Shown: piece by piece, positions 8,677-13,726 of the stretch | Numbering within the stretch: the first letter of the stretch is position 1 | Layout of the letters: every line of letters starts with the position of its first letter | Source: Candidatus Margulisiibacteriota bacterium | GTDB lineage: Bacteria > Margulisbacteria > WOR-1 > XYC2-FULL-46-14 > WPAF01 | DNA length: 36,789 nt | Direction: 5' to 3' | Assembly: GCA_041648295.1 (NCBI GenBank) | Contig: JBAZPF010000002.1 | Coordinates: forward strand, 1 to 36,789 | Position numbers and translations under genes: made by a program | The notes under the pieces: model-generated | Databases searched by the model: none | Seen by the model: only the letters and a program-made list of their open reading frames with translations | What the model was told of the DNA's origin: nothing

Positions 8677-9078
8677 ATGATGCATGGGAAAGATAATCCA
8701 GTAAACATCTTAATCATTTATGATGAGCCTAGTGTTGTGGAATCTCTTAAAATGATTTTTTTGATCAAGGACTACAATGTTTTATCCGCCAGAAATGCTA
8801 AACAAGGAATGGAATTAATTAGCCCTGATATAAATATCATTTTTTTAGGGTTTCGTATACATGATTTAAATATTATTAATGCTATCCATGAGATTAAGAA
8901 ATTAAACCCCAATATTCCAATAATTTTATTTTCTGCTTATGAAAATAATCAATTTATAGCCGATTTGAAAAATGCTGGCGCATATGAATTCCTTTGTATG
9001 CCTTTTATGATGGAACAAGCATATGAGCTTATTTATAAGGCAATTGATTTTCAAGAGAAGCATAAAAAAGAAGGTTAA
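8677..9078 (+). CDS. Stand-alone response-regulator receiver domain, atypical (pseudo-receiver)
   Basis: CheY-like pattern NILIIYDEPSV...INIIFLGFRIHDLN...PIILFSAY...GAYEFLCMPF. The phospho-acceptor Asp position is Gly (FLG) and the conserved Lys of KP is Met (CMP). The start is taken at ATG 8677 (MMHGKD); the track ORF begins at 8548, but that extension is low-complexity. Confidence 0.7.
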   Translation: MMHGKDNPVNILIIYDEPSVVESLKMIFLIKDYNVLSARNAKQGMELISPDINIIFLGFRIHDLNIINAIHEIKKLNPNIPIILFSAYENNQFIADLKNAGAYEFLCMPFMMEQAYELIYKAIDFQEKHKKEG

Positions 9079-9132
9079 TTGTTCAAAATCTAACCTTGGT
9101 AGAAAGCCATTTAATTTTTATAATTCTCATAT

Positions 9133-9175
9133 CCCCCCATCTTTTGGTGTCAATGTCTTGGAAGAGGAAGGTGGG
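9133..9175 (+). repeat. Island motif copy 1 (ccccccatcttttggtgtcaatgtcttggaagaggaaggtggg)
   Basis: Read directly. It folds as an imperfect hairpin (C-rich arm / TCTT ... AAGA / GGTGGG arm). It begins 55 nt past the receiver gene stop. Confidence 0.9.
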
Positions 9176-9183
9176 AATGAGGG

Positions 9184-9239
9184 GCTGAAGGACTAAGGGA
9201 CTGAGGAACTAAGGAACTAAGGAACTAGGGACAAGGGAC
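9184..9239. repeat. 8-bp-period degenerate array, GGACTAAG type (7 units)
   Basis: gctgaagg actaaggg actgagga actaagga actaagga actaggga caagggac; the phase is kept throughout. Confidence 0.9.
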
Positions 9240-9252
9240 TATTATTGCCGCT

Positions 9253-9711
9253 TTACTGATAGATCTTCTTTCCTCGTCTAAAACTTGGGTCGGGATCCCA
9301 GGCGCTCGGACCTGCCAGGTCTTCGATAAGATCAAAAGAATCGGCGCTTTCCGTAAAAGCGTCCAGCTTTTCCGGTAGCCGACTTAACCTATCGAGCAAG
9401 CCTCGCGCTTTCATATTGACAGCCGCGAACATTCTCAAATCGTCGCCCTTCAGCTTCAGCGCCGGATTTATTCGGATCGTTTCCCGAACATCGCGCAACA
9501 TCCGCAGCGAAATAGTCGCCATCTTCTTAAGTTGAACAGCCATCGTTTTATTGATCGTTCCGGAATGACCCAGATCTTCCGCTTTGCTGATAGCCGCTTC
9601 AAACGTGGAGAGCTTTTGCTGATAAGCCGGAAAGCTCGATCTCATAGCGAATATTCTTCGGGAAAATATTTGCCCTGCGTTAACAGGATTGATACCGGCT
9701 AGTTTTGGCAT
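9253..9711 (-). CDS. Hypothetical protein
   Basis: 152-aa ORF with no recognised motif. GATAAG lies 5 nt upstream of the ATG and there is no SD, so it is possibly leaderless. Confidence 0.55.
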   Translation of the reverse strand: MPKLAGINPVNAGQIFSRRIFAMRSSFPAYQQKLSTFEAAISKAEDLGHSGTINKTMAVQLKKMATISLRMLRDVRETIRINPALKLKGDDLRMFAAVNMKARGLLDRLSRLPEKLDAFTESADSFDLIEDLAGPSAWDPDPSFRRGKKIYQ

Positions 9712-9878
9712 ACTGTCTTATCTGCGCTATTTAAGAATAATTTCAGTTCTTTCTAAAACACTGTGTGTGTATACTTCCCATTTGACAAAGATCCGCTTTA
9801 GATCAACCAGTATGGTTTGTCTGTCTGCTGGGAATTAATGCCGTTGGGGTGCTGGAGATCATCTATATCTCGTTCTTT

Positions 9879-9932
9879 CAGAAGAAACAGAAGAAACAGA
9901 AGAAACAGAAAAACCAAAGAATTCAAATCAAA
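9879..9932. repeat. 9-bp-period array (CAGAAGAAA x3 perfect, then 3 decayed units)
   Basis: cagaagaaa cagaagaaa cagaagaaa cagaaaaac caaagaatt caaatcaaa. It overlaps the stop codon of the 9928-10620 gene. Confidence 0.9.
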
Positions 9933-10620
9933 GGATATAACTGATCCCTATCAGGAAATTCGAAACCCCGCCATTAAAATGCGAAGACGACGGCGTACCG
10001 TCAATATTCCCGGCTACCGGAACATTTATGAACCCGGGAGCATATGAAAAGCTTAACAATAAATTCCAGAAATATTTTTTAACCGTGAGAGGAAATGTGA
10101 CCATGTATCCCGTGCCGCTGAAACTGGAATAACTATCAATATAGGGGCTCTGGCCATATATTTTGCTGCCTGTCTTTCTTATGTTCAGATAGTCAATGCG
10201 AACGCCAAGATCATATTCAATAAGCGAAGCAGCCGAGCGGAGATCCAAAACATAGAGCAGCTCCAGAAAATAATTATTTAAGAATAAATTATAGGCTTCA
10301 TCATTGGTGCCGCCGAAAAAAGAAGCGTTATGCCGGCCCCAGCCTTCAGAAAAAACCCCGGTCCCAAGAGAATATTTAAATCTGTTCTTTGACGGGAAGC
10401 TTAATTTAAGCTCAATCCCGGTAAGATTGGCATTTATTGGCTCATTACCCGTAAGGACAGCCGCATTTGGAGCGGTCAAAAATGAATAATTGACCTCAAT
10501 GTTCCTATTTTTAAAATTACTCAAGAGATCGGCAGCTTCATCGGCCAAAGAAATATTGGTCGAGGCTATGGTTAGAAATAACAGAAAAATCAGTATTTTT
10601 TTATTATAATCATAAGTCAT
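9928..10620 (-). CDS. Putative outer-membrane beta-barrel protein
   Basis: 230 aa. Signal peptide (KKILIFLLFLTIASTNISLA), alternating hydrophobic/aromatic beta-strand-like pattern, rich in G/Y/S/N. No family assigned. Confidence 0.6.
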   Translation of the reverse strand: MTYDYNKKILIFLLFLTIASTNISLADEAADLLSNFKNRNIEVNYSFLTAPNAAVLTGNEPINANLTGIELKLSFPSKNRFKYSLGTGVFSEGWGRHNASFFGGTNDEAYNLFLNNYFLELLYVLDLRSAASLIEYDLGVRIDYLNIRKTGSKIYGQSPYIDSYSSFSGTGYMVTFPLTVKKYFWNLLLSFSYAPGFINVPVAGNIDGTPSSSHFNGGVSNFLIGISYIL

Positions 10621-10626
10621 GTCGTA

Positions 10627-10655
10627 ATTGTCCCACCCTGCTCTTTTGGTGTCAA
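10627..10655 (-). promoter_or_regulatory. Motif-embedded promoter: TTGACA-17-GACAAT, 6 nt before ATG 10620
   Basis: The - strand reads TTGACA (10655-10650), a 17-nt spacer ccaaaagagcagggtgg, GACAAT (10632-10627), tacgac, then ATG. The alternative is that GGGTGGGA acts as a weak SD. Confidence 0.45.
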
Positions 10656-10678
10656 TGTCTTGGAAGAGGAATGTGGGA
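10632..10678 (+). repeat. Island motif copy 2 (cccaccctgctcttttggtgtcaatgtcttggaagaggaatgtggg)
   Basis: Read directly. Hairpin CCCAC-CCTG-CTCTT-loop-AAGAG-GAAT-GTGGG. 10642-10709 matches 9140-9207 at 64 of 68 positions by hand alignment. Confidence 0.9.
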
Positions 10679-10685
10679 GCGAGGG

Positions 10686-10717
10686 GCTGAGGGACTAAGG
10701 GACTGAGGATTCAGCAC
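10686..10717. repeat. 8-bp-period array, GGACTAAG type (3-4 units)
   Basis: gctgaggg actaaggg actgagga ttcagcac. Confidence 0.8.
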
Positions 10718-10726
10718 AAATATTCC

Positions 10727-10755
10727 TTGACTTGGTATAACTTATAAGTTATATT
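10727..10755 (+). promoter_or_regulatory. Sigma70-like promoter of the XRE-Fic operon (TTGACT-17-TATATT)
   Basis: TTGACT at 10727-10732, 17-nt spacer, TATATT at 10750-10755. SD GGGGG lies upstream of ATG 10808. Confidence 0.65.
10736..10753. promoter_or_regulatory. Operator-like perfect 18-bp palindrome O1 (TATAACTTATAAGTTATA) inside the promoter spacer
   Basis: Self-complementarity checked by hand. It overlaps the spacer and the -10 element. Confidence 0.7.
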
Positions 10756-10768
10756 TATTGCTTAAGAT

Positions 10769-10786
10769 TATAACCTATAGGTTATA
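10769..10786. promoter_or_regulatory. Operator-like perfect 18-bp palindrome O2 (TATAACCTATAGGTTATA)
   Basis: Same half-site TATAAC..GTTATA as O1. The centres are 33 bp apart, and O2 lies in the predicted 5' UTR. Confidence 0.7.
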
Positions 10787-10807
10787 TTTGCATAAAAGGG
10801 GGTAAAT

Positions 10808-11257
10808 ATGGCAGATTTAAAGGGGTTAAAATTAAAGCAAATTTCCGAAGCGGTCAAAGCAGTCCGCCCAGTGCCGGCTGAAAAGATAGGCCAGCGGATC
10901 CGTGATATCAGGGAAGCTCTCGGTATGACGCAAAAACAACTGTCAAAAAGACTAAAGATCAGCCAGCCGCTGCTTTCGCGAATAGAAGAAAATGCGGAGG
11001 CCTGCGCGATTAAAACTTTAGTTAAAATAGCTCAAGGGCTGGAATGTGAATTTATGGGGGTTATAGTTTCAAAAGAAGGCTTGGAGAAAACCATCAATAA
11101 ACAGGCCGAAATAAAAGCCAGGGAGATGCTAAAACGGACCTTTGCCAATATGGCTATGGAAAAACAGGCGCCAACCGATAATGCGTACGCCTATCAATTT
11201 AAAAAGCTTACCGAGGAACTGGCAAACAATCCGGGACCTAACCTCTGGGAGAAATAA
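10808..11257 (+). CDS. XRE-family HTH protein, 'mobile mystery protein A'-like (putative antitoxin/regulator)
   Basis: 149 aa. HTH_3 pattern IGQRIRDIREALGMTQKQLSKRLKISQPLLSRIEENAE. The stop abuts the ATG of the Fic gene (TAAATG). Confidence 0.8.
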   Translation: MADLKGLKLKQISEAVKAVRPVPAEKIGQRIRDIREALGMTQKQLSKRLKISQPLLSRIEENAEACAIKTLVKIAQGLECEFMGVIVSKEGLEKTINKQAEIKAREMLKRTFANMAMEKQAPTDNAYAYQFKKLTEELANNPGPNLWEK

Positions 11258-11851
11258 ATGCCTTTTTTGGAAGATGTCCCCGGGGCAACGCCCGTAGAAG
11301 ACATTTCAGATCTTATCCCTTCCCATATAACGACCCGTTCAGAATTGAACGAATGGGAAGCCGCCAATATCCTTAAAGCGACCAGACACTATTTAACGGA
11401 AAAAAGAAAACTTGAGATCGATGTTGCCTGGTTGAAAAAACTGCATAAGGAAATGTTCGATGAAACATGGAAATGGGCGGGCCAATTCAGGCAAAAGAAT
11501 TTCAATTTGGGCATTGATTGGCATAATATCAATGACCAAGTAAAGGCGCTTATTGATGATATGGTTTTTTGGAAAAAGGGGCCGATGGATCTAAGCATTT
11601 TTGATCAAAGCATTCGCGTCCATCATCGGCTTGTTAAAATCCACCCTTTCGTGAATGGTAATGGCCGGCATGCGCGATTGGCATCTGATATATTTCTTTA
11701 TTATAATAACCATAAACTTCCGACCTGGCCCAGCCAATCATTGCTTGAAGAAAGCGATGTAAGAAAACGTTATATCACTGCCCTTCAGGAAGCAGATAAG
11801 GGAAATTACAAACTGTTGGAAAAATTCACTGATGATTTGATAAGTAAATAA
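11258..11851 (+). CDS. Fic-domain protein, 'mobile mystery protein B'-like (putative toxin)
   Basis: 197 aa. Fic motif HPFVNGNGRHARL (HPFxxGNGRxxR). The N-terminal GATPVEDISDLIPSHITTRSELNEWEAANI is typical of the TIGR02613 family as I recall it. Confidence 0.85.
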   Translation: MPFLEDVPGATPVEDISDLIPSHITTRSELNEWEAANILKATRHYLTEKRKLEIDVAWLKKLHKEMFDETWKWAGQFRQKNFNLGIDWHNINDQVKALIDDMVFWKKGPMDLSIFDQSIRVHHRLVKIHPFVNGNGRHARLASDIFLYYNNHKLPTWPSQSLLEESDVRKRYITALQEADKGNYKLLEKFTDDLISK

Positions 11852-11852
11852 T

Positions 11853-11880
11853 CCCCCCACCCCCATCTTTTGGTGTCAAC
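11853..11880 (+). repeat. Island motif copy 3 (ccccccacccccatcttttggtgtcaac)
   Basis: Read directly. It begins 2 nt past the Fic stop codon. Confidence 0.85.
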
Positions 11881-11883
11881 TCT

Positions 11884-11897
11884 TCAGCAGATCAGGA
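11884..11897 (+). repeat. 14-bp direct repeat TCAGCAGATCAGGA, copy 1
   Basis: Identical to 11951-11964. Confidence 0.9.
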
Positions 11898-11898
11898 T

Positions 11899-11920
11899 AC
11901 CTGCCTGCCGGCAGGCAGGT
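11899..11920. repeat. Perfect 22-bp palindrome ACCTGCCTGCCGGCAGGCAGGT
   Basis: Self-complementarity checked by hand. It lies between the two 14-bp direct repeats. Confidence 0.9.
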
Positions 11921-11950
11921 CAGGGAATCAGTGGGAAGAGAATCGGCGTA

Positions 11951-11964
11951 TCAGCAGATCAGGA
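11951..11964 (+). repeat. 14-bp direct repeat TCAGCAGATCAGGA, copy 2
   Basis: Identical to 11884-11897. It is followed by the small hairpin TCAGG-AAAAA-CCTGA. Confidence 0.9.
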
Positions 11965-11968
11965 AAAA

Positions 11969-12032
11969 CCTGATGCCCTGATTATCTGATATTCTGCCTG
12001 CTGATATTCTGATAATCTGATATCCTGCCGAG
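11969..12032. repeat. 8-bp-period array, CTGATAWT type
   Basis: cctgatgc c ctgattat ctgatatt ctgcctg ctgatatt ctgataat ctgatatc ctgccgag. One unit is 7 nt. Confidence 0.85.
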
Positions 12033-12055
12033 CCCCCTCTTTTAGTGTCAAATTG
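12032..12055 (+). repeat. Island motif copy 4 (gccccctcttttagtgtcaaattg)
   Basis: Read directly; a diverged copy in the same orientation. Confidence 0.75.
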
Positions 12056-12070
12056 TTTGTATTTTGCTTT

Positions 12071-12118
12071 TTGGTTATTGGAATTTGTTTGGTTATTGTT
12101 TCTTGATTATTGGTTATT
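12071..12118. repeat. TTGGTTATT word x3 at 18- and 21-bp spacing
   Basis: TTGGTTATT occurs at 12071, 12089 and 12110, in T/G-rich low-complexity sequence directly 3' of the ICMT-like gene. Confidence 0.8.
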
Positions 12119-12134
12119 AAAGAAGCTGGGAATT

Positions 12135-12842
12135 TTACCAAATCAATGGGATAAGCCGGTATCGGGCCTTCTTTGTATATTCAACATACCCTTCGAGCTC
12201 TTTTTGCAACGTCGCATCCTCCAGCGCGGTGCGGATCACAAACAATAAAGCGGTAAAGAGTGAAGCGAAAAGCGCGTAAAAAGAGCCGACGATCATTGGA
12301 AATGAAAAATACAGTAAGATGAACGCGATATAGCCCGGATGCCGGACAATGGCATAAGGCCCGGTAGAAACTACCTTTTGCCCCCGCTCCTTCTGGATCC
12401 GGACCCCAAGCTCAAAGAATTTGTTCTCCATAAGCGCCCACTCGGAAAGGAACATCGCAAAAAGCAGAGAGATCACCCCGGCGACCATCCACCAGATATT
12501 AAGCTCCGACCAGTTATATCTCCCGACATCAAGCCCGGCAATGATCGGTATCAGGATCATTGTGACGATCGAATAGAAGACCGCAAACAATTTGTCCCAG
12601 ACCTTCGGCATCTTCATTTCACCTCGGGCATTGACCACTTCGGCCATCTCCGGGAAGCGGGTAAACAACAGAATAAAGAAGAACGTCTGACAAAGCATTA
12701 TAACAATAAAATAAACCCAGGCGCGCATAAGATCAATCCTTCCGGCCGCGGCAAAAAAGAGGACGGCATTTAATAACATGACCAGATAGATCACGATGAT
12801 CCGTTTATAACCCGAGCTTGTGAGCTTTGGCTTTTCGTTCAT
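12135..12842 (-). CDS. Isoprenylcysteine carboxyl methyltransferase (ICMT/PEMT)-family membrane methyltransferase
   Basis: 235 aa, multi-pass membrane protein. VVSTGPYAIVRHPGYIAFILLYFSFPM matches the ICMT-family TxGxYxxxRHPxY block. Confidence 0.75.
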   Translation of the reverse strand: MNEKPKLTSSGYKRIIVIYLVMLLNAVLFFAAAGRIDLMRAWVYFIVIMLCQTFFFILLFTRFPEMAEVVNARGEMKMPKVWDKLFAVFYSIVTMILIPIIAGLDVGRYNWSELNIWWMVAGVISLLFAMFLSEWALMENKFFELGVRIQKERGQKVVSTGPYAIVRHPGYIAFILLYFSFPMIVGSFYALFASLFTALLFVIRTALEDATLQKELEGYVEYTKKARYRLIPLIW

Positions 12843-12848
12843 GAGGAT

Positions 12849-12877
12849 ATTCTCCCACCGTGGTCTTTTTGTGTCAA
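12849..12877 (-). promoter_or_regulatory. Motif-embedded promoter: TTGACA-17-GAGAAT, 6 nt before ATG 12842
   Basis: The - strand reads TTGACA (12877-12872), a 17-nt spacer, GAGAAT (12854-12849), atcctc, then ATG. The alternative is that GGGAG serves as an SD 9 nt upstream. Confidence 0.45.
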
Positions 12878-12884
12878 TGTGTGG
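12852..12884 (+). repeat. Island motif copy 5 (ctcccaccgtggtctttttgtgtcaatgtgtgg)
   Basis: Read directly. Confidence 0.85.
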
Positions 12885-12890
12885 AAAGGG

Positions 12891-12946
12891 GCTAGGAACT
12901 GTGGGACTAAGGGGCTAAGGGACTAAGGGATTGAGGAATCAGGGAT
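12891..12946. repeat. 8-bp-period array, GGACTAAG type (7 units)
   Basis: gctaggaa ctgtggga ctaagggg ctaaggga ctaaggga ttgaggaa tcagggat. Confidence 0.9.
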
Positions 12947-12959
12947 TATAATGGGATTA

Positions 12960-12988
12960 TTGCATATTTACTCGCAATGCCATATAAT
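12960..12988 (+). promoter_or_regulatory. Promoter TTGCAT-17-TATAAT, 7 nt before ATG 12996 (leaderless)
   Basis: TTGCAT at 12960-12965 and TATAAT at 12983-12988. There is no SD in the 7 nt before the ATG. Confidence 0.55.
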
Positions 12989-12995
12989 TATCACC

Positions 12996-13217
12996 ATGGT
13001 TCCCGAACAAAAAAGAAAACATCAAGATTTTGAGTGGTTAGGGAAAAATATGCATAAATTACAGCAAAAACATGCCGGTAAAGTAGTGGCGGTTGTCAAT
13101 AAACATGCAAGCATCGGTAAAAATGCCATTGAGGCTTATAAAATATCCAGGAAACAATATCCCGACAATGAACCAGTAATGTCTGCGATCCCCACTAAAG
13201 ATGCCCTCTTATTATGA
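12996..13217 (+). CDS. DUF5678-like small protein
   Basis: 73 aa from ATG 12996. EWLGKNMHKLQQKHAGKVVAVVNKHASIGKNAIEAYKISRKQYPDNEPVMSAIP fits the DUF5678 pattern as I recall it. The track start at 12951 lies inside the repeat array. Confidence 0.65.
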   Translation: MVPEQKRKHQDFEWLGKNMHKLQQKHAGKVVAVVNKHASIGKNAIEAYKISRKQYPDNEPVMSAIPTKDALLL

Positions 13218-13615
13218 TCAAATACGACTGGCATGAGGAGTATTCCGAATCCTTCGGATTAGTCAAAAGACCGGTTGCTGAAATCCATATGAAAGATAAA
13301 AATAAGATCTGGCGCGCAATCAACATGTATGTGGATTCTGGCGCTGATGTAAGCATTATTCAAAATAGTTTTGGTGAATTATTCGGACATAATGTTGAAA
13401 AAGGCCGTAAAATCAGGTTAAAAGGCATTGGCAAAGAAGAAATAATTGCTTATATCCATAAAATGGATTTACTGATCGGCGCTCATGAAGTAAATATTGA
13501 AGTGGCAATTGGCGAAAATGATAACGTCCCAAATGTTCTTGGCCGCAAGGGTGTCTTTAATTTTTTCGAAATCCAGTTTAAAAATAAAGAAGAAGCTACT
13601 CACTTTTTGAAATAA
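13214..13615 (+). CDS. Retropepsin-like (clan AA) aspartic protease
   Basis: 133 aa with YVDSGADVSII (the D-S/T-G-A active-site motif). It overlaps the upstream gene by 4 nt (ATGA). Confidence 0.75.
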   Translation: MIKYDWHEEYSESFGLVKRPVAEIHMKDKNKIWRAINMYVDSGADVSIIQNSFGELFGHNVEKGRKIRLKGIGKEEIIAYIHKMDLLIGAHEVNIEVAIGENDNVPNVLGRKGVFNFFEIQFKNKEEATHFLK

Positions 13616-13640
13616 TCACATTAGCTACCAAACTGTTTAG

Positions 13641-13672
13641 CCACCCCCATCTTTTGATGTCAATGCTTTGGG
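13641..13672 (+). repeat. Island motif copy 6 (ccacccccatcttttgatgtcaatgctttggg)
   Basis: Read directly. It begins 26 nt past the protease stop codon. Confidence 0.85.
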
Positions 13673-13676
13673 AAAT

Positions 13677-13711
13677 AATTACGAATTGCGAATTACTAAT
13701 TATGAATTGTT
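13677..13711. repeat. 7-bp-period array AATTNNN (5 units)
   Basis: aattacg aattgcg aattact aattatg aattgtt. Confidence 0.9.
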
Positions 13712-13726
13712 GTGTCTCTGCGCGAC

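Noticed and set aside
9817-10047. A 76-aa plus-strand ORF containing RRNRRNRRNRK.
   Set aside because: The basic repeat is simply the 9-bp tandem array read in frame, and the rest overlaps the OMP gene in antisense.
11959-12248. ORFs 11959-12141 (-) and 12045-12248 (+) in the repeat-rich junction.
   Set aside because: They are composed almost entirely of the CTGATAWT and TTGGTTATT repeats. There are no start signals, and one overlaps the ICMT-like gene's 3' end.
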